Source of the DNA: Chiloscyllium plagiosum
Taxonomy: Eukaryota
Direction: 5' to 3'
NCBI RefSeq assembly: GCF_004010195.1
Contig: NC_057718.1
Coordinates: forward strand, 49,563,239-49,627,238
Length of the DNA stretch: 64,000 bases
Both the position numbers and the translations under genes were made by a program. The notes below the pieces were generated by a model. It did no database searches. It was not told the DNA's origin and was given only the letters and a program-made list of their open reading frames with translations. This document shows positions 1 through 13,657 of this stretch, in pieces (within the stretch, counting starts at the first letter, position 1; every line of letters starts with the position of its first letter).

Positions 1-1071
1 GAATGATAAGGTTGAATGAGACCAGATGGATCTGGGCCCTGACATTATAACTTTATTGCAGCTCATGTAGGGCCTCAGTCTGCTTAATGGACTAACAAGA
101 GTGGTTAGTGTTCTAACATAGTGGTTTTTGTTGAATTAAGGATAATGGGCAGGATCGCAACATTGGAGTCCCAGTGAGAGGGCCTCAGCATTGGACACAA
201 GCAGACTCTTTGGAAGAAATGGTTGCTGCAGAGACCACACGAGAAAGCCTGAGAATTCATTAAAAAGAAAACATTCTCAGATGTCACCTGCTGAATATAT
301 TTTTAAAGCTGCCCAGGGATTATTAGGATTATCAATGTGGAAGGGGACTCTTATGTCTCAATCATTAGATGTTTAGAGAAGTTCGATGGTGCCGTAACCT
401 GCCACTGGCTGCCTCTATGTAGTTTTAAAACTCCAGGTTCAGTGGTCAAGGGTGGGGAGGGGGAAGGGAAGGCGGAGGGCTTTAACCCATCAGCACTAAT
501 AAAATTCTACCATCTTGGGATAAGTCACTTAACTGGAGCCTTAAACAGAACTATTAGCTGCCTGCCTATGTGGTGAAAGCTGTTGATTTCATTGGAACCA
601 CCAACAGAATGTCAACGAGTGGCAGAACAACACTGGGGAGAACTTGCCACACACCTTCACTCTACCTTCTAGTTCCAACTCCGTAATGGTCTCCACAGGG
701 CCAGGAAAATTAAACTTTTATGATGAGAATGAAGTAGATATCTACACAGCAGTTACTAATAGGTATATGACATTCCAGCTGTCAGGCTTTACATTTACAT
801 ATGTAAAAGCTGCTTGATTCTGGAGTTATGACATATAAACTAACTTGTAATTGATCATGAGGCATTTAGAAATATTTCCACAGGATTATTTCAAACATGT
901 AGTTTAAGAAATAAAATTGACAAGCAATGCAAGACCCCAACTTACTCAAGAAGATAATAGGTCCCCTACTTGTTGAAACATGTATATTTTCCTTTCAATC
1001 AGAAAAGTATCTGGAGGCATGGTAGCTCAAATTCTTTTCAGATAAACATTATTGTGGAAATTTCTAAATGG

Positions 1072-2031
1072 TGTTGCGATACAGTGACAGCAAGGCAAAC
1101 CAAATCAGCCTCACTGTCGCTGGATTCACAGCATAGTGAAATTAAAACATTGAGTGACCCTCAAATTTGTTCAATTGTTTTTAGCCAGACTTTATGAATA
1201 ATGGTTCTTGGACACCAAGTTTATAACTTAAACAAAATTGATAATTTATTATTGATAATGTAAATTTAGCAGAACACAGATAAACAATGAAGCCATCAAA
1301 TTGAATACCTATAATCTAAGACCAACCTTCTTTGTTCATAACTACCAATCACACACTGACTGACACAGTTAAGGGAAAAGTTAAAGAGGAAAATTAACAC
1401 ATTATAATTTGCCAGTTTGATAATCATTTCAGCGATGAATACCATGCCTTCATGAAATCCTCAGAACCTGGGTTGTATTACAAGCATATAGGCTTGCATA
1501 TCATGTTTTAGTTATGAAGTAACAGGTCAACGTAAACCTCAGAAAACTTTCAGAATTATTCACCACTTCTTACATACTAGGATTCTTTTCTCAGAGCATT
1601 CAACAAGTCAATAGCTGGAGTGAAACAACAGGGACAAAAACAAAAGCAACACTGTCCAATAGCTTCCAAAACTCAAAACTGCCTGCTGCTGAAAAGCTAG
1701 TCAGAACCAGTTCACTCTTTGTTTTATCCTTTTTGCTTCAACATTCTCTTTGATTGGTTGACCAACACTCTCTTGATTAATCAATTGAATGTCCATCCTG
1801 TTGCCAGTCCTTGAGCATAGCAACATCTCAAACTTTGACACTGTCCTTAGAGCAATAATTAATCTGCATCATCCTTCCAGGCCAGTTCCCAACAAACATC
1901 TGCCTTTTGTTCTCTCGTTTGATTTTAAAACAAACTGTTCTTCAAAGCTGAAAGTTCAATTTTTAACTTCAACTTACTAAGTCAAACCAAAGTGAGAAAA
2001 GTAAAAGAAAAATAAAGTGATGGTCATAACA
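1072..2031 (-). mobile_element. Solo LTR (TGTT...AACA termini, Gypsy/Gmr1-like)
   Basis: Starts TGTTGCGA and ends TCATAACA (imperfect terminal inverted repeat). Exact 4-bp direct repeat ATGG at 1068-1071 and 2032-2035. No coding content. Orientation is inferred only from TTTATT (AATAAA on minus) near 1245. Confidence 0.6.
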
Positions 2032-2845
2032 ATGGCAACGAAGCTTCATGGCAGATGGCCAGTACTGGTGCCCCATCATGTTGGAATTAGATTTCCTGAA
2101 TTCCCAAACCCAGTTGTTGCTATCCATAAAAGAGTCAAGTTATTCAGGGTTTTTTTTATGACCTTCCCTTGCAGACTATGAAAAACATATTAATGGGAGA
2201 TACCTATTTACCTAAATTATGTTTCATGCAGGATAAGAAAAAGTCTGAAAAAGTGAAGAAGCCAATAAAATGAAGGAGGAAATGTCGGGTTGGATTATGA
2301 CATGATGAAGCTCTGGTGATGTCAACCTTAAGAGACCACATAATATTACCAAAAAAAGTGTATCATGCTATTAAAAAGAACAATAAAGGATAAATATCAA
2401 GGCTTTATATATATGAAAATAGATGAAGGCACAATGCAAAACTAATAATATAATTTAAACATATATCGCACAATTTTTCTCTTTACATTATAAAATAGTC
2501 TCAAATAATGCTGCTTATGATTGCTTAATTAGCATAGATGAAAACTTTTAAGTTACAGCAACAGAAGAGTAATTACATAGATCAGCACTTACTAAATGGG
2601 AAGAGAAACACTTGTAATTAACATCACACACTTGTAATCTACATTAAGCAGTGTCTCTTTTTGCTTTGTGTTCAATTTCCTCAAAACTGTCTCCGGTTTC
2701 TTTCAAGAAGTGGGAGAATGATAAATAAAGCTTTGCATACGTAGGATTTGCTTTTGTTCCTCTATTTTTTCCTGCAGAACACCAACTGCTCTCCTCTTTG
2801 TGCCTTTTTCACTAACAATCAGAGTAAAAATAAGTAAGTGCATCA

Positions 2846-3679
2846 CTGGCCTGTGACCAGTAGAGCGCCACAAGGATCGGAGCTGGGTCCTCTACTTTTT
2901 GTCATTTATGTAAATGATTTGGATGTGAGCATAAGAGGTACAGTTATTAAGTTTGCAGATGACACCAAAATTGGAGATGTAGTGGACAGCGAAGAGGGTT
3001 ACCTCAGATCACAACAGGATCTGGACCAGATGGGCCAATGGACTGAGAAGTGGCAGATGGAGTTTAATTCAGATAAATGCGAGGTGCTGCATTTTGGGAA
3101 AGCAAATCTTAGCAGGACTTATATACTTAATGGTAAGGTCCTAGGGAGTGTTGCTGAACAAAGAGACTTTGGAGTGCAGGTTCATAGCTCCTTGAAAGTG
3201 GAGTCGCAGGTATATAGGATAGTGAAGACGGCGGGAGGATCTGAGCTACAGGGAGAGGCTGAACAGGCTGGGGCTGTTTTCCCTGGAGCGTCAGAGGCTG
3301 AGGGGTGACCTGAAAGAGGTTTACAAAATTATGAGGGGCATGGATAGGGTAAATAGGCAAAGTCCTTTCCCTCGGGTTGGGGGTCCAGAACTGGAGGGCA
3401 TAGGTTTAGGGTGAGAGGGGAAAGATATAAAAGAGACCTGGGGGAACGTTTTCACACAGAGGGTGGTACGTGTATGGAATGAGCTGCCAGAGGATGTGGT
3501 GGAGGCTGGTACAATTGCAACATTTAAGAGGCATTTGGATGGGTATATGACTAAGAAGGGTTTGGAGGGATATGGACCAGGTGCTGGCAGGTGGGACTAG
3601 ATTGGGTTAGGATATCTGGTCAGCATGAATGAGTTGGACTGAAGGGTCTGTTTCCATGCTGTACATCTCTATGACTCTA
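2846..3679 (+). mobile_element. 5'-truncated CR1-clade LINE (HER1-like) with an internal deletion
   Basis: ORF 2838..3308 has RT motifs PQGSELGPLLF, KFADDTK and WQMEFNSDKCEVLHFG. The sequence jumps at ~3232, where the RPxLEYCVQFWSP block is missing. Ends in a CTATGACT-type tail. Confidence 0.92.
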
Positions 3680-4424
3680 ATAGTCAAAGCATAACTCTCA
3701 TGTTGGGCTGAAGTAGCCTTTGCATGAGCTTCCCACTTAGTGTCAGAGATACATTTTTGGTCAGTTGGAAACAGGAACCAAAAATGACTTTAAGCACTAT
3801 ACATTGGTTTGTAGAGATAGTAAAGAATGTTATTTGTTGCACAACTTCAAAAAAATTACAGTATACAGGCAGAAATCAATTGCAGCATAGCCAGCAAGGT
3901 TCAGTGACTGTCGAGCATATGGAATATGTGTTGTACTTATTTTTCTCTGGAGGATTTAGTGACATGCCATTATACATTCCTGTCTGTTAGCTACATTATC
4001 ACATGACTGTTCTTCACAATTGTTGATGTCAACGTTTCAGTTATTGGCTAGATAGTCCAGTACCATTTTGGTTATTTCACCATCATGATTTCCAAATTCA
4101 AGGGATGTTAAAATGAGTTCAATGTCAATACCATCATTGTATGACATGTAACTGTCAATATCAATGATCAGCAGGTGAAATATTTGCTGTAAAGCCCGCA
4201 GACAAATGTAAGTATTCTGCAATTCTCAAGGCACGAAAAATAAATCCCTTTACTTTATCATCAACAAACTGCATGAGTTCAGTACGTATTATTCTTGACA
4301 AGTATGAAAGTTTCCTAGATTCACTGTTTCCAAAATGTTTTATATGGTTGACAAGAAATAGATCAAATTTAGCAATGAGTTCTATCATGCAAAGAAAGTT
4401 CCTGTTATGAGCCAAACCAAAGTA

Positions 4425-4522
4425 TTTTGAAGCAAGGTCACTAGATTCGAAACACTACTTGATTTCTCTCCACAGATACTGCCAGACCACTGAGTTTCTC
4501 CAGCAATTTCTGTTTTTATTTC
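4425..4522 (+). mobile_element. Degenerate Penelope-like terminal (pLTR) remnant
   Basis: TGAAGCAAGGTCACTAGATTCGAAAC followed by CAGATACTGCCAGACCACTGAGTTTCTCCAGCAA resembles the hammerhead plus GATGCTGCCTGACCTGCTG..TTCCAGCAA block of the PLE ends at 41709 and 56823. Confidence 0.45.
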
Positions 4523-5197
4523 AAACTTGTCATTGCCTCACCCAAAAGCTAGTTCATGTTCGGTGAAAGAAAGAAACTGCAATAATACAATCAAATCCCT
4601 GCCTCCAGTATTCATGCTCCATTTTCATCTATTTCCCTAAGTGTTAATCCAAGGTTATCACTTGTTGTCTTATTAAATACATAAGCAAAGCTTTGCTATG
4701 ATCCTTAGAGTTCTCATAATTTTGCATGTAATTAGGGTTTCACTGGTTATTAAATCCACCATTAGCTGGTGCTATGAATGATGTTGACAAAGGTTTGCAT
4801 GCAAAATAGTAAACAAACTCAGTCATTGGAGAGTACACTGGCCACTTCCAATTTTATTTTCCACCATTAACATTTAGCGAGTGAAATAGATCCTTTGGAC
4901 AATATCTATTTTGAAAAAAAATGGAAAGAATGGTAGATACTGGAAATCAGATTTCTGTTTTTGTTTTTGTTTTTGAATGATCACTTTGATTTCTCAAATT
5001 GGCCATTCTAATGCTGACACTTTGAGGGGTGTTTTTCTATCCACAATCAAGTATCATCTTCAGTCAAGCCACTCAGAGGTCCAAGATAATTGGACCCTGA
5101 GTTTCTCTTGCCTTGAACTGGGACTTGGTCTCTGTAACATTCTCAAATGTCAAAGTCACATCCACATCCTAGTAGAAGACATGGATGCTTAATATTA

Positions 5198-5392
5198 AAG
5201 GTAATGGTAAAGTTGCCATAGTCTGACCAGACCATAGAGCTGCTCTCATTTTAGAGAGAAAAAAACTAGCTGCGGTTTACCACTCCTCAGGCAAGGAGAA
5301 ATGTTGAAAATAAAAGTCTTTCATGGTAACCTCAGCAGAAATTGAACCCACACTGTTGGTATCACCTGATTCCTCCATGTACCCAGCTGAGA
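5198..5392 (-). mobile_element. tRNA-derived SINE (second family, ACTTTACC-type tail)
   Basis: Reverse complement matches the copy at 28335-28530 (CTATGGTCTGGTCAGACTATGGCAACTTTA vs GATGGTCTGCTAAGGCTGTGGCGACTTTA). B-box-like GGGTTCAATT on minus at ~5340-5350. Confidence 0.6.
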
Positions 5393-5689
5393 CTTTTGAG
5401 TTGAGATTCCTGTTTTATTAAGTATTAACTTGCTTTAGCTGCCATTCAAGGTGCTGCTTCTTTTTTCTCTTCTGATACCCATTTTCAAAACTTCTCTTTA
5501 TTTTTAACAGGCCTTCTGTAAAATTGACAGAAATAAAGCCAAGACAATGTCTTTGAACTCAATCTTTTATGTATGCAAATAAAGCCGAAGTAAAAAAAAT
5601 GCAATACTAACATTTCAATGGTATCTATATGAACATGATAGCAATTGTTTTTCATGCTTTCTTAGAACTAAAAGGATCACAGAATATAG

Positions 5690-5765
5690 AGAGAAAGCAG
5701 GAGCAAGTGTTGAGTTGGATGATCAGCCATGACCATATTGAATGGCAGAACAGGCTTGAAGGACC
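5690..5765 (+). mobile_element. CR1 3'-end fragment
   Basis: GATCAGCCATGACCATATTGAATGGCAGAACAGGCTTGAAGG matches the CR1 3' ends at 36415-36470 and 58035-58095. Confidence 0.55.
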
Positions 5766-7161
5766 TCAAGGTATGGGTATATGAAGAATGAAGTCAGTTG
5801 CTAACCCACTTCCTTTCTGCCTAGAACCATACTGACCCCATGTCATGGTGAACATATAAAATATCAACCAGCTTTAGACCTATTGATGACTTAAGATGTT
5901 AATTGAAGACCATTTAATGTACCTCTGTCACTATAAAATGTTGGTTGGGAAAAATAGAAGATACATGACCAACTCATTACTTTACCAATTTGAGGTTAAA
6001 AAGTGACATGGAAAGTGGGTAACTCCTTTGGCATTTCATCAATGTCCATCAAATGCACTGTCCAAAGATGGCACCCACTTGTTTGTATCTCTTCCCATTA
6101 CTACCAGAACACAAACTCTCACTTCCTCAGCTCCCCAGTCTTTCCCTGACAAAAAGCTAAAGCCATATTGTTCCATCACACATCCTGGGATCTCTTTCTT
6201 GTAATTCCCTTGTCTTCCCAGTAATGCTCAGTGTACATTATGGCAGTATTGGGACAACTCATATTGGCCAATTCAATTGGCTGGCAGCTGTTGAGGGTGG
6301 CACTTATTTTCCTGGGGGGTAGATTTTTCACTGGCAGGTCATTAATAAAATCTCTAGTGCATTGTTTGAGTGGTTGTTTTATAAAATCCATAAAATGGGA
6401 TGAAAATGCAGCCATCTCCCCGCTATAAAATCTATCTAAACATATGGTAATCATATGATATATGCAAGTTTCATTACATTCTAAAGGAATACAGTCTTGT
6501 GTTAGTTCCTCAGCAAAAGGTAACAATATCATGACACATGTAAACTTTACACATTTAAGGTCTCTTGATTTTGATGATATCAGTGAGTATACTCATCATT
6601 AGAGATTGTTCACAAGTTTAAGGAAAAACAAATTATGCTTTCATAGGTTGTTTTGTGAATATGTTTAAAAGAAGTCACCACAGTAGAAATGTTTATGAAT
6701 AATAGATTGCATCAATTATGGCTGTTAAAAAGTTTATACATTGCAACTCAGTTGCCAATTTAAGATAATGAGGTTTTCAGAGCTGGAAACAGCTGGCATA
6801 CCTTGTTAAATATTCAACTCTGATTGTTGCTATTTGAAGTTACTAAAACAAAAATGTTATTTAAAAATTTTCTGCTACAACTCACACATTCACTCTCAGT
6901 TGGGTATATTTTGACACTCTAAATACAAATCTTAAGAAAGTCAATTCAAACTAGTAATTTTTCTTATTTTTGGAGTACACATTCTTAGATTAATTCTCTG
7001 ATGTTTGTTTCATATCATGCTCGAGTTAGAATTTTAGAGTTGGTTTGAGAGCATGTGCTTCAGAACAAATAAGTTTATAAGATGCCTTCTTCTACCTTAG
7101 TAAAGTCACTTGTTACAGACAGATCTACTCTGCAGAGCTACAGTAGTTGTACTGTCTAGTA

Positions 7162-7879
7162 TAGAGTCATAGAGTCATAGAGATGTACAGCATGGAAACA
7201 AACCCTTCAGTCCAACCTGTCCATTCCGACCAGATACCCCAACCCAATCTAGTCCCACCTGCCAGCGCCCGGCCCGTATCCCTCCAAACCCTTCCTGTTC
7301 AGATACCCATCCAAATGCCTCTTAAATGTTGCAATTGTACCAGCCTCCACCACATCCTCTGGCAGCTCATTCCATACATGTACCACCCTCTGCGTGAAAA
7401 AGTTGCCCCTTAGGTCTCTTTTACATCTTTCCCCTCTCACCCTAAACCTATGCCCTCTAGTTGTGGACTCCCTGACCCCAGGGAAAAGACTTTGCCTATT
7501 TATCCTATCCATGCCCCTCATAATTNNNNNNNNNNNNNNNNNNNNNNNNNNNNNNNNNNNNNNNNNNNNNNNNNNNNNNNNNNNNNNNNNNNNNNNNNNN
7601 NNNNNNNNNNNNNNNNNNNNNNNNNNNNNNNNNNNNNNNNNNNNNNNNNNNNNNNNNNNNNNNNNNNNNNNNNNNNNNNNNNNNNNNNNNNNNNNGAATT
7701 AAACTCCATCTGCCACTTCTCAGCCCATTGGCCCAACTGGTCCAGATCCTGTTGTAATCTGAGGTAACCCTCTTCACTGTCCACTACACCTCCAATTTTG
7801 GTATCATCTGCAAACTTACTAACTGTACCTCTTATGCTCGCATCCAAATCATCTATGTAAATGACAAAAAGTAGAGGAC
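7162..7879 (-). mobile_element. 5'-truncated CR1/HER1-like LINE (same subfamily as 2846-3679), spanning a gap
   Basis: Minus ORFs give SKFADDTKIGGVVDSEEG and FFTQRVVHVWNELP. (TAGAGTCA)n tail at 7162. Closely similar to 2846-3679 in reverse complement. Confidence 0.92.
7526..7695. other. Assembly gap (N run)
   Basis: Run of N. Confidence 1.
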
Positions 7880-9965
7880 TTCCCAAGTTCACAAAGAGCT
7901 AATGTCATCAAGTTACAACTTTTTGGGGAACATATTAATGCATAAGTACATTTTATGAAATGCCAGTTGCCCAATAAATTTAGGACTTGGCTAGATTGAG
8001 AAAATATTGCAAACTTGAATGTTTAAAATTCTTCCTAAAAAATTGAGTAAACATAGTGTTGGACTTTACATAAAGCCACCTTCTCCACCATCATCGACTA
8101 AAATATTTGTAAGGATAGCCACCAAGAAGCTGGTTTCCCAGTAGTAATTATACACTGGAAGCAACAATAATTATCTAAGATTGACATTTCTTTCCCACTC
8201 CCCAAGTACCCCCTCACCTCTGCAAATCAATCTAATTGAAGGACAACTCTGTGGACCCAACAGCACCAGAATTGAGGATTGGTTGCTACTTGCAGCCAGT
8301 TCCCAAACAAGAAGAAGTGATGGAACTGAATTCAAAGTAAGCATCAGGTATCAACAAGAATTGGTTGGCATACCCCAGCTAGGGGGCAAGAGGTTGAAGG
8401 GCTGACAAGCTGGGTTTGAGACACTGAAGAAAGGGTTAAAGTTGGGGGCATGACCTTGGGAGGGATGCCTGTGATGGGGGCTTTATCTCTTTGCTCAACA
8501 CCAGCCCATGTAGTAAAATCTGCAAGGCTATCCATCTAGCAAGATCTTTCCTCTGCTGTGGGTAAAATAGCAGCAGAGGTAGAAAACAATCCTTAAATAT
8601 CCATTTACAATAGGCTTGAAGGCAAACAGGTCTCCTGACACATCATTTGCCCATTGTAAAAATTGGAGGTAGGCTGGCAATGTGCAGTGAAGTGGTGGCA
8701 AAGCCCCGCACTGTAGTTTTGAAGAAATCATCCTTCAAATACAATGGGGCCATTTAACCCAGTCCACAAAGCACTGAATAATCATGATTTAAGAAATTAA
8801 CTGTTGCACATATCTGTAGCCTAATTTATTTTCCGTGACAAATGTTTAATGTATATCTAAAATTCTGTTATCTGATGTTCAACAAAGAGGCTGACCCACA
8901 CATGAATTAATCAACAGTTGAGTTAAAATCAGAGATAGAGGAATTCTATGTGAATGTGTTAAGATAATAAATTGCACATTATGGCATGTGGTTATTGGGT
9001 TAATGACTTCATGAAAAAGCACAAACAATGAAGCAAATGTGAACAAGTAAAACCTCTGGTCTAAAGATAAAATAAAGACAAAATAAAACTCTTTCCAAAT
9101 CTTTGTTTCAATCATTGCTTTTCATTTCTGTGTATTACTGATGTCAAATGAGGACCAAATGGGAAGATACATTGGTCTTTCCCAGCCTCTGTTGTCAGAA
9201 TTACAAAATAATTCAATACTGGTAATCAAGGTATTGCAGTGAATCAATGTGAATTGACAACATGGAATAATCATGTTTATGATTAATTGATCAACACCAG
9301 TAATGTTATATTGAGGTACTATAAGAAGATGCAGACCTCATTTCTTCTCAAGGTTGTAATAAAACTTGATGTTAACATTATTCTTCCAAGTTCTAGGCAG
9401 TCACAATTCATCCCATGATCTGCAAGAACAGCAGAAAACTATGAATGCAACATTCGCAGTGCTAATACCTTGTTAGAAATAGAAAGGATGGGAGAAAACA
9501 CAACTGGTGTGAGAATATTCGTGAAAGTATTAACTGTGTTTCCGGTCTTAGAACTTGACTTACCTGAACTGTTTCTATCCAAGTTGAACTATTGTATGCA
9601 TCCCAATTTTTGCTTTCTCAAGTTTAACGTGTGTAAACCTGAACGTATCTTGCAGATAACTAGTTTGGATGAACATTACCAGATGTAATTGGATTATAGT
9701 AAACAGTAGTCAGCCTCAATTTCCTCTCTCAAAACTGACCAGGACTCCATGATAATTCTGGATTGCAAAAATAGCCCTTGGCTTTTTCTCATCTATCATC
9801 AACTTCCTCAAAATCCACCCTGATATTGAACAGCAATGTGGGAGGAATTCATTGATTTATTTGTCACTCAGATTGAGACTGGTCAGTTGACTCAGATGCT
9901 TGTTAAAATGGTGATAAAAGGGTAGAGTGCTTGCTGTGCCACTTTTCTATTGGTGAGAAAGTAAA

Positions 9966-10864
9966 GGATGGATTAGTAAATTTGCAGATGATACTAAGGT
10001 AGGCAGAGTTGTGGATAGTCCCGAAGGATGTTGTAGGTTACAGAGGGATAGATAAGATGCAGAGCTGTGCTGAGAAGTGAAAAATTGAGTTTAATGTAGA
10101 AAAGTGTGAGGTAGTTCCCTTCAGAAGAAGTAACAGGAATGAGAGTACTGGGCTAATGGTAAAATTCTTGGCAGTGTAGATGAACAGAGAGAACAGGCGC
10201 ATAAATCCCTGAAAGCTGCCACCCTGGCTGATAGGGTTGTTAAGAAGGCATATGGTGTATTGGCATTTATTGGTAGGGGGATTGAGCTTTGGAGCCACCA
10301 GGTCATTCTTCAGCTGTACAAGACACTGGTAAGGCCGCACTGTATTGCGTACAGTTCTGGTCACCGCATGATAAGAAGGTTGTGGAAGCTTTGAAAAGGG
10401 TTCAGAGGAGATTTACTAGGATGTTGCCTTGGATAGAAGGAAGGTCTTTCAAGGAAAGGCTGAGGGAACTGAGGCTGTTTTCATTGGAGAGAAGAAGGTT
10501 GAGAGATGACTTAATCGAGACGCATAAGATAATCAGAGGGTTAGTTAGGGTAGACAGTGAGGGCTTTTTTCCTTGGATGGTGAAGGCTAACATGAGAGGA
10601 CATAGCTTTAAAATGAGGGATGATAGATTTAGGACAGATATTAGGGATAGTTTCTTCAGTCAGAGAGTGGTAGGGGCATTGAACGACCTGCCTACAACAG
10701 TAATAGACTTGCTGATGTTAAGGATATTTAAGTGGGCATTGGACATATATATGGATAATAATGGAACAGTGTAGGTTAGATGGGCATCAGATTATTTTTC
10801 ACAGGTTATAGCAACATCGAGGGTCAAAAGGCCTGTATTGCACAATTATATTCTATGTTCTATG
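9966..10864 (+). mobile_element. 5'-truncated CR1-clade LINE
   Basis: SKFADDTK at ~9975. ORF 10289..10774 has YCVQFWSP, RVQRRFTRML and FSLERRRLR. CTATGTTCTATG tail. Confidence 0.92.
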
Positions 10865-10931
10865 ACTATCCAGCCCAGAGGCAAATTGAGCCACTTAAGT
10901 ATCCAATTACATTCATCTTCTAACCAAAAAA

Positions 10932-12503
10932 AAGGAGGTGGTGTTGTGTGTTTTGGAGTGCACTAAGGTAGACAAATCCCCAGGACCTGACAGGATCTAT
11001 CCCAGAATACTGAGCGAAACAGGTGAGGAAATTGCTGGGCCTTGTATGAAATCCTTGTATCCTTTTTAGTCACAGGAGTGGTCCCAGAGAACTGGAGAAT
11101 AGCCAATGTTGTTCCTTTGTTTAAGACAGGCAATAGGGATATTCTAGGAAATTATAAGCCAGTGAGCCTTACATCAATGGTAGGGGAATTATGAGAGAAG
11201 TTTTTTTTATGGATAGAATTTGCTCACCTTTGGAAAAATACAAACTTATTACCAATATGCTGCATGGCTTTGTGCATGTCTCACAAACTTGATTGAGCTT
11301 TTTGAGGAAGTGACAAAGATGATTGATGAGGGCAGGGTGGTAGAGGTTGATGAAATAGATATAACAAGGCCTTTGCTGAGATCTGTCATGGCAGGCTAAT
11401 ACAAAAGTGAAGCCACATGGGATCCATGGTAAGATGGATGCACAAGTGGCTTAGTCATTGAAGACAAAAGAGTAATGGTGAAAGAGTGTTTCTCAGATTG
11501 GGGATCTGTGACCAGGGGTATTCCTCGGGGATCAGTGCTGGGAGTTCTGTCGTTAGTAAAATATAAACAATTTGGTAGAGAATGTAGGTAGCCTGATGAG
11601 TAAGTTTGAGGCCAACACAACAACTGGGGAAGATGTAGATCGTGAGGAGGATTGCCAAAGTGCACAGCAGGAGATAGACAGGCTCAAGACTTTGGCACAG
11701 GAATGGCAGATGGAGTTTAATCCAGACAAGTGTGATATGGGACAGTTAATGCAGGAGAGAAGTATACTGTAAATGACAGAACCTATAGTAGCATCAACAT
11801 ACAGAAGGATCCAGGCATGTAGATCTACAATTCCCTGAAAATGGCGACATTGGTGGATAGTTGGTCAGGAATGCAGATGGCAGGCTTGCCTCCTTTGTTC
11901 AGGGCATAGAGTATAAAGATTGGCAACTCATACTGCAGCTGGATAGTACTTTAGTCAGGCCACATTTGGAATGTTGTGTGCAGTTCTGATCACCACCCTA
12001 CTGGAAAGACATGAAGTCTTGGGAGAGGGTGTAGAAATAGTTTAATCGGATGTTGCCTGGTTTGGAGAGTATTAGCTATGAGGAGAGATTGCACGAACCT
12101 CGTTTGGTTTCACTTGAATGTTGAAGGATGAGTGGTGACGTGTTAGTTTACAAAATTATGATAAGCAAGGATAGATTGGATAGTCAGTTTTTTTTTCCAG
12201 GATAAAGCTGTCACTTCCTAGGAAATGTAGGTTTAAAGTAAAAGGTGGCAAGTTTAAAGGAGATGTGAGAGGTAGGTATTTTTAAACAGAGGGTGGTAAG
12301 TGCCTGAAATGCAGTGCCAGAGGACATGGTGGAGACAATTACAATAGCAGGATTTAAGACACATTTTGGTAGATATATGAACAGGTAGGGAGTAGAGGGT
12401 AGAGGCGGTGTAGAGGCAAAAGTATTTTAATTTAAATAGGCATCATGTCGTTGCAGTCTTGGTGGGACAAAGGACTGTGTTGTGCTGTTCTTTGTTTTTT
12501 GTT
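10932..12503 (+). mobile_element. Older CR1-clade LINE, RT region to 3' end
   Basis: KSPGPDRIYPRIL (~10972), WRIANVVPLFK (~11092), WQMEFNPDKC and CVQF motifs with many stops and frameshifts. TGTTCTTTG-like tail. Confidence 0.9.
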
Positions 12504-12944
12504 CGTTGCTGGAAGATGGACCCTTCACCCCATGGGGGAACCATTTGGTGAAAGATTCCTTTGGTCTTAGAGTTGGAGTTCTCCTAAACAGTTGCATTAT
12601 ACCCCAAGGAGGGAACAAGTCCCTCAAACACCACCCAGTGGTTATGGCTAACCTGGCAGTAACAACGTACTGCCCTCAACAATTTCTCCCCATTGCTGAA
12701 ACATATCTAACTATCCCCAGTATCCGAGGTTCCTTGATTGGGAGTACAGCCTATTCATATTGCACCTTCTCTTCTAGTTGCGTTGGCCACTGCCATTTGA
12801 TAACTCCTCAGCAAAGTTCATCATGCTGTAAAAGCTATCTGGACTATTGACAACTGAAAGATTGATTTTTTCCCACCATCATCCTTTCAAATTGAAATCT
12901 AAATGCTCTAATTGGCCTAATGTGGTAAAGGGAAACTTTTAGGT

Positions 12945-13065
12945 TGAGTTCTTCTTCAGAAGAATCCTGTCTGTCTCTCCACAAATGGTGCCATACTTGT
13001 TGAGTTTCTCCTGGTCTTACAGTTTTCATTTGCAATCTCCAGCATCCATAGTACTTTGCTTTTGT
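12945..13065 (+). mobile_element. Degenerate Penelope-like terminal remnant
   Basis: CTCTCCACAAATGGTGCC...GAGTTTCTCC...ATCTCCAGCATC resembles the pLTR end and tail at 4465-4520 and 51227-51264. It is preceded by an inverted CTGAAGAAG (TTCTTCAG on plus). Confidence 0.4.
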
Positions 13066-13657
13066 AAATACTATAAGGGAGATGTAGACAATAGATCTAA
13101 CTCCTTCAAGATACAGAGATGTTTTTCTACCTAGGTCCACATGACATCATCACATTGGGCAGTGTTAATATACTCTTCACAATTAAATTTTTCAGAGCCT
13201 AAGACCTTATACAACTTCTCCACATAAACTTTTTCTTCATTATTAATGAACACATATTTATGTAAACAATAGATTTACCCCCAAATCTCTAACAGCAGAA
13301 ATTAAGTGGTCTGGTAGTGTCAATACTGTGCCAGCACATATTCTCTTTAAATTTGAAAAACTGGTTAGCCATTGGCTTGAAGACAGATGGCATTGGATAG
13401 AAGTTTCCCCTCCCTGGTTTGACATAAGTAATAATGAGATATGAAAGATGGGAAAATATAGTGTGAATAAAATAAAATCAGAACCTTGATATAAATTTTG
13501 CAATTGCCCCTTCCAACAACTTCAGATTCCTGCCATTGAGCTGCAATAACCCGATATTCATGCAGTTGCTTCTCATTAAAGCTCCAATTTTTGGTAGTTC
13601 TGTTGAAATTCTAATTTTCCTCTCCTTCTCGAAGAAACTAGATTGTGGAAATTCGGT

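Noticed and set aside
2760..2840. Candidate small exons after polypyrimidine-AG (also ~17850-17895)
   Set aside because: Donor sites are weak or absent and the peptides are unrecognisable. No spliced gene model can be built. Small real exons could be missed without RNA data.
6310..6440. MITE-like element with TAGATTTT...AAAATCTA ends; similar words near 8510-8570 and 700-720
   Set aside because: The inverted match is too short and degenerate, with no TSD. They are probably ancient DNA-transposon debris but cannot be supported from this window.
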